Made by a program: the position numbers and the translations under genes
Shown here: positions 22,684 to 33,190 of the stretch, in pieces
Numbering within the stretch: position 1 is the first letter of the stretch
How the letters are laid out: each line of letters opens with the position of its first letter
NCBI GenBank assembly: GCA_963807635.1
Contig: CAWEDJ010000046.1
Span: 1 to 53,626, forward strand
Length of the DNA stretch: 53,626 nucleotides
Source of the DNA: an uncultured cyanobacterium
GTDB lineage: Bacteria > Cyanobacteriota > Cyanobacteriia > Cyanobacteriales > Microcystaceae
Reading direction: 5' to 3'
Notes under the pieces: generated by a model
What the model was told of the DNA's origin: nothing
Databases searched by the model: none
Seen by the model: the letters and a program-made list of their open reading frames with translations, nothing else

Positions 22684-23763
22684 TTAGGCACTCAGAGGAT
22701 AGGGTTGCAATTTAGAAAATTTAATTGATTTATTTTTTCTAGAAGAAGTATAATTCGGATACAATTTAGGGGGTAAAATCTGCTGTTTTATCGCATATTT
22801 TTTGCTCAAAAACTTCCTCATTTTTTTCGGATCGGGCAAGTCTAAAAACTTGGGGGATTGACGATCAGGTTCAAATACTTCAATGTCAAAAATAATCGAA
22901 GAATCATGCTCTAAATAAGTTAATTCAATCGCGTAATTTGTCAATCGAAGTTGGCTGGAGATCAGAGAAGTCTCTTCACATTTTACTAAAATTTCATCCA
23001 CACAAAGATCTTCTGATTTATTTTCATCTATCTGATTAATTGGGAGTACTTCATCGGAACTTACTTCTTTTTCTGGATTCAACCCAAAATCTTTATTTTC
23101 TATATTTTGAATAATCTTGTCAATTGGCAATGATTCAACGGGACTTATTTCTTTTTGTGGACTTAATTCAAAATTATTATCTTCAATATTCTGAATAATT
23201 TCTTGAACCGATATTCTGTGTTTAGATTGGTCAAATATAAATGAATCAAGTTCAAAGGAGAGAGATGCGTTCTCATCCCTATTCACGATTAGATCGGCTA
23301 AATTTTGCTCTAGAATTGAATATCGCTTTTCTTTGAAACTCGCTATTTCAGTGGCTAATTCTAACTGTTGTTGGGATTGGCTTTTCTCTTTTGAAAAAAC
23401 TTCTAGGGTGATTTTTTTCTGCCAATTTTCTCCACACAATTCACTCATCAAATCAGGACGACAAGAAATTTCCCAAACTCCAGACCTTAGTGGTGTAAAA
23501 GGGAGAATGGCGAGGAAGCCTCGGTCGTTTGTCTGACGATAATATTTTTTTCTTTTGGGAGTAGTTAAATCAGATTCGGGACGATAGGTAATCGAAATAT
23601 CGACTGCTTGGTTCAATTTGGGTGTCCGAACCATTAATCGATATTTTCCCGCCTTGAGTCGAGAGATGGCCGTGACGGAAAACCAGGTTTTTTCGTCTTC
23701 TCGTTGGAGCAGAAATTCCCAAGTATTCATGTGTTTTATCGGAGGGGTAAGAGGGATAGACAA
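22684..23763 (-). CDS. Hypothetical cyanobacterial protein
   Basis: 359-aa ORF with WEFLLQRE N-domain and LPPKL C-terminus; the start may be an internal ATG. Confidence 0.7.
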   Translation of the reverse strand: MSIPLTPPIKHMNTWEFLLQREDEKTWFSVTAISRLKAGKYRLMVRTPKLNQAVDISITYRPESDLTTPKRKKYYRQTNDRGFLAILPFTPLRSGVWEISCRPDLMSELCGENWQKKITLEVFSKEKSQSQQQLELATEIASFKEKRYSILEQNLADLIVNRDENASLSFELDSFIFDQSKHRISVQEIIQNIEDNNFELSPQKEISPVESLPIDKIIQNIENKDFGLNPEKEVSSDEVLPINQIDENKSEDLCVDEILVKCEETSLISSQLRLTNYAIELTYLEHDSSIIFDIEVFEPDRQSPKFLDLPDPKKMRKFLSKKYAIKQQILPPKLYPNYTSSRKNKSIKFSKLQPYPLSA

Positions 23764-23847
23764 ATAAAGATAAGTAAGTTTAAATACTCATCTTTAACGG
23801 GAAAATTATTATTAAGTTATTTGAACCAATGATCCCCAAAACTTGAT

Positions 23848-25131
23848 CTATGAAAGTTTATGTCGATTCAACTGTTCCCTAAGTTCCCCTAACTGGGAAA
23901 ATAATTCTCCTTGGGTCAGGGTGCTTTCTTCTTTGCTAGTCATCCATTTGAGTTTGATGGTCTCAGTTTCGGCTTCGGCTTCTCCCAACACCAGACAGGC
24001 GATCGCCTTACTACGGTCAGCCCGTTTAAATTGTTTGCCAAAGGCACTACCACTGAGGTCGAGTTCCACGATAAATCCTGCTTGACGGAGTTTTTGCGCC
24101 AAAATCAAACTTTGGGCCTCGGCTTTTTCTCCTTTGGAAATGAGGTAAAAATCGGGGGTTGCCTGGGGAGCAGGTTGTAATTGCTGTAACAGTAAAATCA
24201 ATCTTTCCATGCCGATCGCCCAACCGACTGCGGGGGTTTCGGGGCCGCCCAATTGACTGGTCAGACCATCGTAACGACCGCCGCCACAAACCGTTGCCTG
24301 CGCTCCCAAATCCTCGGACTGAATCTCAAAAGCCGTGTGGGTATAGTAATCCAAGCCTCTGACTAAACGGGGATTGAGTTGATAGGAAATGTCTAAATCG
24401 GTTAATAGTTGTTGCACGACATCAAAATGACGACGAGATTCTGTACCCAAATAATCGAGAATACTGGGCGCGTTGAGGGTAATTTCTTTCGTCCGCTTAT
24501 CTTTACTATCCAAGATACGGAGGGGATTGCGGGCAAGGCGTTTCTGGGAATCAGGGTCTAGTTCGGCTTGATAAGGCGTTAAATAATTGATCAAAGCTGC
24601 TCGATAGTTTTGTCGGTCTTCGCCATTGCCCACTGAATTTAAGTCTAAAGTTAGATTTTTTAGCCCTAATGCTTTTAAAATATCGGTTGCCAGGGCGATC
24701 GCTTCCCCATCGGCACGGGGATCGGCACTACCGAGAATTTCTACCCCAATTTGATGAAACTGACGTTGACGACCTGCCTGGGGACGTTCATAACGAAACA
24801 TAGAGCCTTTATACCAAAGCCGTTGTACTCCACCTGTTGCAAAAAGATTATGTTCAATAAAGGATCGCACCACTCCCGCCGTTCCTTCTGGGCGCAAGGT
24901 TAGAGAGCGATCGCCCCGATCCTCAAAACTGTACATTTCTTTGCCCACGACATCGGTGGCTTCTCCAATTCCCCGCTTAAAAAGGGCGGTTTCTTCAAAA
25001 ATAGGAGTCCGAATTTCTTGATATAAGGCACGATTGAGAATTTGACTCGCGATCGCTTCAACCTGTTGCCAATAACCAATTTCGCTGGGTAAGATATCGT
25101 GGGTTCCTCGACTCGCTTGGATTGTCCCCAT
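23848..25131 (-). CDS. hisS: Histidine--tRNA ligase
   Basis: RGTHD, LRPEGTA, FRYERPQAGRQRQFHQ, LVRGLDYY, GGGRYD. Confidence 0.98.
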   Translation of the reverse strand: MGTIQASRGTHDILPSEIGYWQQVEAIASQILNRALYQEIRTPIFEETALFKRGIGEATDVVGKEMYSFEDRGDRSLTLRPEGTAGVVRSFIEHNLFATGGVQRLWYKGSMFRYERPQAGRQRQFHQIGVEILGSADPRADGEAIALATDILKALGLKNLTLDLNSVGNGEDRQNYRAALINYLTPYQAELDPDSQKRLARNPLRILDSKDKRTKEITLNAPSILDYLGTESRRHFDVVQQLLTDLDISYQLNPRLVRGLDYYTHTAFEIQSEDLGAQATVCGGGRYDGLTSQLGGPETPAVGWAIGMERLILLLQQLQPAPQATPDFYLISKGEKAEAQSLILAQKLRQAGFIVELDLSGSAFGKQFKRADRSKAIACLVLGEAEAETETIKLKWMTSKEESTLTQGELFSQLGELREQLNRHKLS

Positions 25132-25226
25132 TGCACGTTTCAACCTAATTTTAACTAATGATTAACTTTATTCACGATAACGGATTGGGGACGCGATCGC
25201 TACTTGGGCATAGCAAAAGTTCCTAG

Positions 25227-25348
25227 TAAGTAGATGGTTGTAATTAAACTGACAATTAAGTTTTGCGCTCGATCCCCCCTGCCCCCCTTGATAAGGGGGG
25301 TGTCCGTAGGACGGGGGGATCCTATATGTTTCAACTCCCACTCACTTA
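25227..25348. repeat. MITE-like element carrying a GC-rich REP-like core (copy 1)
   Basis: Ends TAAGTAGATGG / CCACTCACTTA are imperfect inverted repeats. The 54-bp core 25268-25321 is 52/54 identical to 42555-42608. Confidence 0.75.
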
Positions 25349-25392
25349 TTTGGCTATAATGTTCTCGATAGTTTACTCAATGCTGAGTAGAA

Positions 25393-28102
25393 TTATGTTA
25401 CTTTTTCAGATTCTTGCAATAACATTTTTTGACGGTGAATTTGTTGTAAATTAAAGCTCTTTTCTGTCACTTTTTCTAACATATAAAGAATATGATCGGC
25501 TTGTAGTAATGTCCCATCATGTTTACAACTTCCTTGATAGAAAATCTTAACGGAATCCGTTGCTTGATGAGTATCTGTTACTAAACTCAAGTCAAATAAT
25601 TGTTCTCGTAAATTAAGAATCACTTTTTTGCCTGATTTAGTGGTTTTTTCAAAGAGAATTTCAGGAGATTGATTCACCACATCGATCCAATTTTGCCATT
25701 GTTCCATCGGGACAACTTGATCAATGGAAACGGTAATAATATATTCGGCTCGGTCTAATAAACTGGTAGTCGCTGGCGTTTTTAAGCCTAATTCTTCTAC
25801 TTGATAAATGGGAATCTCAGCAGGTAAAACGTTGATTAATCGCTGTTTAAAATCATTAATCTCTAAGGATTCTGTCAATTCAAAATCGACGAGTTCATGG
25901 CTACTGGTGATTCCTAACGAGAGGGCATTGGCGATCGCGATTCGCGGGCCAGGGTGAAATCCTCCCGAAAAAGCAATGGGTAGAGCCGCACGACGAACAA
26001 CGCGATCAAAGAGACGAACGAGATCTAAATGACTCAGTAGGGCCATAGAACCCAGTTTCCCGAAGGTGACGCGCAAACGTTGTACCCGATTTTGATTGGG
26101 TTGAAATTGTCCTTTGAATTCGGGAATCGGTAAGGGAGGAATGACAATATTATGGCCAAAATCTAAGCCACAAATTCCGCAGTGGGAACAACCTTCAAAG
26201 GAACAATCGGGGACGGTTGCCGATTCTAAGGCTTTCATTAAATCATCCTGGAGCCATTTTTTACTAATGCCCGTATCAAGATGATCCCAGGGTAAAGGCG
26301 CATCATAATTTTGCAGATTAGGAGTTAGACTTAGCTCCTCTTGCTCTTCAATTTTTTGGGAAACTAGGATTGGAAGTCCCCCAGAATTGGGGGATTTAGG
26401 GGGCGAGAGAGGATTTTCTACCTCTGAATCTGTCTTAAAAATATTCCATTCCCCTGCTTCCACTTGCCGATATTTCCAAGCCAAACCTGCTTCCTCGATC
26501 GCCTGTTCCCAAGCTCCGTAGGCTTTATGTAAATTTTCCCACCAGGCATCCATTCCTGCCCCCAATTCCCAGGCACGACGGACAACGGGAGCCAAATTGC
26601 GATCGCCCCTTCCCACAAAATCTTCCATCGCCGAAATTCGCACATCGGTATAATTCACCTTAACGCCACGCATTCCCTTAAATTCCGTCTTAAGGAGGTT
26701 CTGTTTCTGCCTAAATTCCGTTGTTGAAACCGAATGCCATTGGAAAGGCGTATGGGGTTTGGGAGTGAAATTAGAAATGGTAATGTTAAATTCCAAAGGT
26801 CGGCGTTTGGGCATCCGACATTCCCGTTTTAGCCAACGCACGGTTTCAGCAATACCAATCACATCAACATCCGTTTCCCCAGGTAAGCCGATCATGAAAT
26901 AAAGTTTGATTTTATCCCAACCCTGTTCGACTGCCGTTTTAATACCCCGTAATAATTCTTCGTTCGTTAATCCCTTATTCACCACATCTCGCATTCTTTG
27001 GGTTCCTGCTTCAGGGGCAAAGGTCAGGCCACCTTGACGAGTTCCGCCTAAAATGTTGGCAATATTTTCATCAAAGCGATCGACTCTTTGACTGGGCAAA
27101 GTTAGGGAAATATTTTCATTTTGCAAGCGATTTTTGATTTCTAAACCCACCGCAGGTAACGCCAAATAATCAGAGCAACTGAGGGATAACAACGAAAATT
27201 CATTGTGTCCTGTCGAGCGAATTCCTTCCGCAATCGCATCAATCACGGCTTGGGGTTCCACATCACGGGCGGGACGGGTCAACATTCCAGGCTGACAAAA
27301 GCGACATCCCCTAGTGCAACCGCGTCGAATTTCTACGGTCAGTCGGTCGTGAATGGTTTCGATGTAGGGGACTAAACCAATAGAATAGGCGGGAATGGGG
27401 GTCGCGACTCGGCGTAAAATGCGCGGGGGAACATCGGCACGGTTGGGATGAACGGAGCCATCTGGAGCTAAATCATAAAAACGGGGGACATAAACCCCTG
27501 GAATTTGCGCTAAATCGAGTAATAACGATTCTTTGCTTAACCCTTGATTTTTTCCTTCTTCTACAATTAGGCCGAATTTCGGGCAATAATTCTTCCCCAT
27601 CACCCAGGGCAATAAAATCAAAAAAGTCGGCGTAGGGTTCGGGGTTAGAAGTCGCTGTTTGCCCGCCTGCAAAAATGAGGGGATAGTTTCCCTGTTCCCG
27701 TTCTTGCCAGGTAAAGGGAATTTGGGCTAAATCTAGCATTTCTAGGATATTCGTCGCCCCTAGTTCATAGCTCAAGCTAAACCCTAAAATATCAAATTCT
27801 AATAACGATTTACGGGATTCAAGGGCAAATAGAGGCGTTTGGGTTTCCCTTAACTTGCTCGACAAATCCGAGGCGGGTAGATAGGTGCGATCGCAGAGTT
27901 GACGAGGTTGGGCATTAATAATGTTGTAGAGAATGATATGCCCCAAATTCGATGCCCCTAGCTCATAGACTTCAGGATAGGTTAATACCCAGCGTACCGT
28001 CGCGCTTTGCCAATCCTTATGGACAGAACCCAATTCATTACCCAGATAACGGGCAGGTTTATTGATTTCAGAACTAATTAGGGTTTCAACGGGTACGCCC
28101 AC
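25393..28102 (-). CDS. B12-binding radical SAM protein (TIGR03960-type) fused to radical-SAM-linked domain, 1-nt frameshift at ~27575
   Basis: KPARYLGNE, YPEVYELGASNLG, RGCTRGCRFC (CxxxCxxC), FTPKPHTPFQW, C-terminal LSHLDLVRLF...FSGGFHPGPR. Confidence 0.9.
26374..26404. repeat. Cyanobacterial short palindromic repeat inside the radical SAM CDS
   Basis: AAGTCCCCCAGAATTGGGGGATTTAGGGGGC; it translates as PPKSPNSGGL within a low-complexity insert. Confidence 0.75.
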
Positions 28103-28177
28103 GATTTTCAAGCCTCGGCTAGTTAGGTTTCTCCTATTATAGGGGAACTGCTTGCTATCTGAAAATCCCAATGGTGT

Positions 28178-30022
28178 TTAAGGCGATTCGACTTCTCTCA
28201 TAATAATAATCACGCCAAATTTTTCCTGATTAATATTCCATAAAGCATCAATACTTAAACGACAATCAAAGGTTTTCCCCCGTCGATTAATGGCCGAAAC
28301 AACAAAATCCTGTTGCTCTTGATCACTATGAATACAATTATCAATGGCTTCTCTGACCTGATCGAGGGGTAAGCCAAAGTCTAGATCAAAAAGAGATTGA
28401 TCCTGGACTTCATCGGCTCGTAAACCCCACATTTCTTCGGATTTAACACTCCACGCCAAAACTTTCGATTCTCGATTTACTACAATAATTGCCCCTCGAA
28501 GGGAAAGTAAAATGGCGTTCAAAAAATTGTTCACCCGATTATATTCTTCGGTTCTCAATCGGACTTCTTCATTGACACTTTGGAGTTCATTGTTGGTAGA
28601 TTGTAATTCTTCATTAATGGTTTCTAGTTCTTCATTGGAGGATTGAATTTCTTCATTGGTGGTTTCCAATTCTTCATTGGTTGATTGGAGTTGAATATTC
28701 GATATTTTTAGTTCTTCATTGGTTTCTTTTAGTTGTTGATTGATTTTTTCAACTTGGTTGCGTAATGCCAAGGATTCCGTAACATCCGCCAGGTTAATAT
28801 TGACTCCTATTACATTTTGATCCATTTGGGTCAGGGGATTAATCTGAATATCGAAATATTTTTCGCTTCCGTCATTCGATTGATAGAATACATCCTTGAT
28901 CTTTAAGGCTTTTTTTTCTCGATAAACTTGATCAATTAACGGTTTTAGCTCAACAGGGTGATTGGAAATTTCTAAGCTATAAAAATTTGCTCCTACGTCT
29001 TTAATTGATAAGTTAAAAAAGCTACGAGCAAAGCGATTTGTTCTTACCAAATCACCATCTTGATCGACGATAATTTGAGCATTCAAAGCAGATTCAAATG
29101 CAAGTTCCTGAAGTTGCCAATGATGATTGATCACTTTATCTTCTGAAATATAAGGTTGAAAAAGGCGGGAAGAATTTTCTTTGTCTGTATTTTTAGAGAG
29201 ACATTTAAAAATGCGGTACTGGGAATTGAGCGGTGTGAATAAATCTCCGTGAGTGAGTAACATTTCGGCTTTTCCGAGAAAAAGAAGACCCGTGGAATTG
29301 AGTCCAAAATGAAAACGCTGAAGAATAAATCTTTGAGCTTCTACATTAAAATACATCAGCGTGTTGCGGCAAACCAATAGGTCGATGGAAGAAATGGGCG
29401 CGTCTTTAAATAAGTTGTGGCGACCGAAAACCACCATACGTCGGAGATCGGTATTAAAGATAAATTCACCGTTGTCTATCGGGTCAAAATACTTGTTTCT
29501 GAGTTCAGGGGGAATGACTGCGATTTGTTTAGCGGTATATTGGGCTTGACGGGCTTCGGTTAGGGCTTCTTCGTCAATGTCGGTGGCGTAAATTTTGACT
29601 CGTTTTTTAAATTCTTCTATTCCTAATAGTTCCGCTAGGATAATCGCGATGGTATAGGCTTCTTCTCCTGATGCACAACCTGCACTCCAGCAACGAATTG
29701 GCTGAGATGTTTTCTTCGCCTTCAACATTTCTGGGAGTAATTCTTCTTGTAGATACTGCCAGGCATTAGTATCGCGAAAAAAGGCTGTGACGTTGATTAA
29801 AATGGTATTAAATAGGGATTGGAATTCGTCGGGATGGACTTCTAGGTAATCTCGGTAATCGTTAAAATTTGTTATTCCGCGATCGCGCATCTGTTTGAGA
29901 ATACGCCTTTTGAGGGTATTGCGCTTGAACTGGGTAAAATCAAAACCCCGCGAATTTCCTAAATATTCTAATAGGGATTCAAAAAATGAATCTTCTTGGT
30001 TGCCTGTTTCAGAGATTGTCAT
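28178..30022 (-). CDS. CheR-type methyltransferase with PAS domains and coiled coil
   Basis: INVTAFFRD, WSAGCASGEEAY, IYATDID, DLLVCRNTLMYF; NEELETTNEE heptads; C-terminal PAS. Confidence 0.92.
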   Translation of the reverse strand: MTISETGNQEDSFFESLLEYLGNSRGFDFTQFKRNTLKRRILKQMRDRGITNFNDYRDYLEVHPDEFQSLFNTILINVTAFFRDTNAWQYLQEELLPEMLKAKKTSQPIRCWSAGCASGEEAYTIAIILAELLGIEEFKKRVKIYATDIDEEALTEARQAQYTAKQIAVIPPELRNKYFDPIDNGEFIFNTDLRRMVVFGRHNLFKDAPISSIDLLVCRNTLMYFNVEAQRFILQRFHFGLNSTGLLFLGKAEMLLTHGDLFTPLNSQYRIFKCLSKNTDKENSSRLFQPYISEDKVINHHWQLQELAFESALNAQIIVDQDGDLVRTNRFARSFFNLSIKDVGANFYSLEISNHPVELKPLIDQVYREKKALKIKDVFYQSNDGSEKYFDIQINPLTQMDQNVIGVNINLADVTESLALRNQVEKINQQLKETNEELKISNIQLQSTNEELETTNEEIQSSNEELETINEELQSTNNELQSVNEEVRLRTEEYNRVNNFLNAILLSLRGAIIVVNRESKVLAWSVKSEEMWGLRADEVQDQSLFDLDFGLPLDQVREAIDNCIHSDQEQQDFVVSAINRRGKTFDCRLSIDALWNINQEKFGVIIIMREVESP

Positions 30023-30338
30023 ATATTGTGTCAGATATCAAAGGGAAATTTATGGATTTTAATTTTTGTAAATTTTTTTATGTCGATTTATTTAGCAGTG
30101 ATCACAATCTACGGAAAAAATATTTCCATTAATGAAAAAACGCCCTTGATTTATTAAGAGATTTTTTATAAATCTGTTCTTACTTCATATTCTAAAGCGA
30201 TTATTGCTATTTTGGGCGTTTTATTGCCCATCAATTTATTCAAAGGTATTTTTTCTTAATAAATACTTGCTTTTTCTTGTGGACATTTTGTGAAGTTTAT
30301 GATAAACGATGCTCTTGATTTTCTATAAAAATTATATA

Positions 30339-31250
30339 GAGCGTGTCATCAATTAACACACTTGACATTAGTGAATAATTATGCTGTTTAAACTGGGCTA
30401 CGCTAACCATATAACTGATGCGGCCAGATAGATGCCGCCTAGAAAATTGGCTGAGCGCTTGTCGTAACGAGTCGCAAGCGCACGATATTGTTTGAGTTTC
30501 GCAAAGAAGTTTTCGACTAAATGACGCGCTTTATACAAAAATGTATCATAAGGGCGAGGTTCTTTTCGATTACTTTTCGAGGGTATCACAGGCACTATCC
30601 CTCTTTTTTCTAGAACCTTAATGACTCTATCGTCTGCGTCATAGGCTTTGTCCCCTAGCACCGCTTCTGCTTCTACATCAGGCAATAGCACATCGGCTCC
30701 GTCTAAATCACACGCTTGACCTGGCGTTAGGAAAAAAGAGACTGGATTCCCTAATGCGTCTACTACGGCATGGATTTTCGTACTTAATCCTCCTGTACTC
30801 CTTCCTATATCTTCTTCCTCTGCGCTACTGTTTTTTGCTCCTGCACTGTGTTGATGCGCTCTCACAATCGTTGCATCTATCATTGCGTATTCATTATCAG
30901 CGTCCTGCGCTAAGTGCTTGAATACCTTTTCCCACACCCCTGATTTCGTCCATCGCGTAAAACGCGTGTGAATCACTCGAAAATCTCCAAACCTTTCGGG
31001 TAAGTCTCTCCAAGGAATGCCCGCTCTATATCGATATAATACGGCTTCAACAAACAAACGATTATCTTTGGCTGTTACTCCCACATCTCCCTCTTTTCCA
31101 GGTAATAGCTCTTTGATTCTTTCCCATTGGTCATCCCGCAACGCATAACGCCTCGTCATATTCACACCTCTCTTCAACGTATATTGTGTCATTTCATACT
31201 CTGCGCATTATTTGCCACTAATGTCAACCCCCCTAATTGATGACACGCCC
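30339..31250 (-). mobile_element. IS5-family (IS427-like) insertion sequence
   Basis: 17-bp TIRs GAGCGTGTCATCAATTA / TAATTGATGACACGCCC; TA duplication at 30337-38 and 31251-52; subterminal IR TTGACATTAGTG. Confidence 0.93.
30398..31159 (-). CDS. IS5-family transposase
   Basis: GIPWRDLPERFG, IDATIVRAHQHSAGA, GDKAYD, YKARHLVENFFAKLKQYRALATRYDK. Confidence 0.95.
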   Translation of the reverse strand: MTRRYALRDDQWERIKELLPGKEGDVGVTAKDNRLFVEAVLYRYRAGIPWRDLPERFGDFRVIHTRFTRWTKSGVWEKVFKHLAQDADNEYAMIDATIVRAHQHSAGAKNSSAEEEDIGRSTGGLSTKIHAVVDALGNPVSFFLTPGQACDLDGADVLLPDVEAEAVLGDKAYDADDRVIKVLEKRGIVPVIPSKSNRKEPRPYDTFLYKARHLVENFFAKLKQYRALATRYDKRSANFLGGIYLAASVIWLA

Positions 31251-31433
31251 TAAGTCAAAAAAAAAGAAATATTATCAAGATCTTTTATCAGATGGAGTCG
31301 GCTGTAAGGGTCTCAGGATCAAGGTTAGGGCGTTGGATGTGAGGGACATCACAGAGATAGTGTGATCTTTGGGGCGGCTAAATTTCCAAGAATCGAAAAG
31401 ACTGGGAATATCAATTCAGATTTCTAACTGATT

Positions 31434-31661
31434 ATGCTACAGACAACCCAAACGATTTCTCCAGAGTTTTCCTTTTCCGCCGAAGAGTATGATCTCTCTA
31501 CCGCACGGATCGATTTAGAGAAGTTTTTTAGCAATAATGGCTCGCTTGACTCTAATATCATGGATTTGGAAACTAAACAGCAAATTCTTAAATCTTCTGT
31601 GTTCCGTATCCGTAAAATGTCTTGTATTCGTCGTTTATCAGTGACAAAGTTAAAGCGGTAA
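31434..31661 (+). CDS. Hypothetical protein (75 aa)
   Basis: ATG-started ORF, co-oriented with the downstream genes; no recognisable motif. Confidence 0.4.
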   Translation: MLQTTQTISPEFSFSAEEYDLSTARIDLEKFFSNNGSLDSNIMDLETKQQILKSSVFRIRKMSCIRRLSVTKLKR

Positions 31662-31762
31662 AATCTTTTCAGGCTAAATTTTATGGGATTTGATGTGCGA
31701 TCGCCTCTTAAATCTGGGAATGCTTTAAACTGAAAGTCGAGAAAAAAGTTTAGGTTATTACC

Positions 31763-32533
31763 GTGAAGTTCAGCGATCGCCCCTTCGGAAATCTTAATCG
31801 GCACTTCGACAAAATTCTGTTTGGCGTAGGTTTTATTTATTTAATTGCGGTGAGTGGCTGGCTGAGTAGTCAGAATCGTCTAATTTGGCCCTGGGGAAAC
31901 AACGCTCAATCGGAAATTGCTCCCGAAAAAATAGCTCTATCGAAGGATGAGTCCCAATTTATCGCCTATCTCCAGCAGTCTTTAGAAAAGTTAAGACAAT
32001 CCAACGCTTCTCCAAAAGAATCTTCTGCCGTTGCGATCGCGCCTCCCCAATCCCCGACTTCCAATATATTGCCGCTCCCGATCCAGATTCCCAAAAGCCA
32101 AATTCCTGCCGCACCCACTACGCCGACGGTGATTGAAAGGATCTATGTCCCTGTTTATCCTCCCCAATCAGCCCAGGTTGCCCCAGCCGCTCCTCCCGTT
32201 CGGCCAACATCAACGACCCCTATTCGCCTTCCCAATCCTCCGCGATCGACATCCCCCCTTTCTGTTCCCCTGGCTCCTCCTCCCAGGGTTTCTCCCCAAA
32301 AAGCCTTGATTTCTCCCCTGGTGGCCAATAGGTCTTCCTATACCCTCGTGGGTATTTTGGAATCTGGCGATCGCTCCTCTGCCTTGTTTACGGAAAATGG
32401 ACTAACCCAACGCATTCAGGTCGGCGAAAGAATCGGTTCTAGTCCTTGGAGCTTAATCGGAGTCGAAAATCAAAAGGCAATCCTATCCGATCAAAGCAAA
32501 ACACGCTATCTTGAAGTAGGACAAACATTTTAA
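31763..32533 (+). CDS. Membrane-anchored Pro-rich protein with T2SS/pilus-type C-terminal domain
   Basis: N-terminal TM, Pro-rich linker, TLVGILESGDRSSALF...IQVGERIG..W.L. Confidence 0.7.
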   Translation: MKFSDRPFGNLNRHFDKILFGVGFIYLIAVSGWLSSQNRLIWPWGNNAQSEIAPEKIALSKDESQFIAYLQQSLEKLRQSNASPKESSAVAIAPPQSPTSNILPLPIQIPKSQIPAAPTTPTVIERIYVPVYPPQSAQVAPAAPPVRPTSTTPIRLPNPPRSTSPLSVPLAPPPRVSPQKALISPLVANRSSYTLVGILESGDRSSALFTENGLTQRIQVGERIGSSPWSLIGVENQKAILSDQSKTRYLEVGQTF

Positions 32534-32566
32534 AGTCAACGATTTTTCACCACTGGTTTAGGTAAT

Positions 32567-33151
32567 ATGGGAATATTTGACGATTTTAGTCATTTTTTGG
32601 AGACTCGCTTAGAAGAATTTTTGCGGAATAATCCCCATTTAGAATTACAGGCATTGGTAGAACAGTTAAAAGAACAAGAACAGGATACGCGATCGCTGAT
32701 TCAGGAATTAGAAGGCCAAAAAAAACGGTTAGAAGATGAAATTCTGGCTCTAGCTCAGGACATTCAAACCTGGCACGCCCGCATTGAGAAAGCCCAAAAA
32801 GCCCAACGATTAGATCTCGCCCAAGCCGCCCAGGAAAGGGAAGCCGCCCTCTTGCGTCAGGGCAATCAAGTTTGGGGACAAATGGAAGGGGTCAAAAAAC
32901 GTCTGATTCAATCCCAGGAATTATTACAACAAATTCAACAACGCCAGAAAGAAGTCCAGATCAAAGCCGAACAAATGAAGGCAGAACAAGCAAAAACTGC
33001 TCAAACTACGGCTAATTCGGATACCGTCGGGTGGAACCAGGGAGCCAATTATCGAACCTATAATCGAGCCGCCGATCCCCTAGAAACAGTATTTCATGAC
33101 TGGGAAATAGAAGATGAATTAAGGGAAATGAAACGTAATCTGGGGCGTTAA
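32567..33151 (+). CDS. PspA-like coiled-coil protein (TIGR04376 family)
   Basis: MGIFDDFSHFLETRLEEFLRNNPHLEL...REAALLRQGNQVWG...DPLE.F..WE. Confidence 0.85.
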   Translation: MGIFDDFSHFLETRLEEFLRNNPHLELQALVEQLKEQEQDTRSLIQELEGQKKRLEDEILALAQDIQTWHARIEKAQKAQRLDLAQAAQEREAALLRQGNQVWGQMEGVKKRLIQSQELLQQIQQRQKEVQIKAEQMKAEQAKTAQTTANSDTVGWNQGANYRTYNRAADPLETVFHDWEIEDELREMKRNLGR

Positions 33152-33190
33152 TGCTGAAAATGCTCTCTAACTCAATATCATAAGACCGCA

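Noticed and set aside
25263..25454. 63-aa ORF MRSIPPAPLDKGGVRRTGGS
   Set aside because: Translation of the palindromic repeat; not a credible gene.
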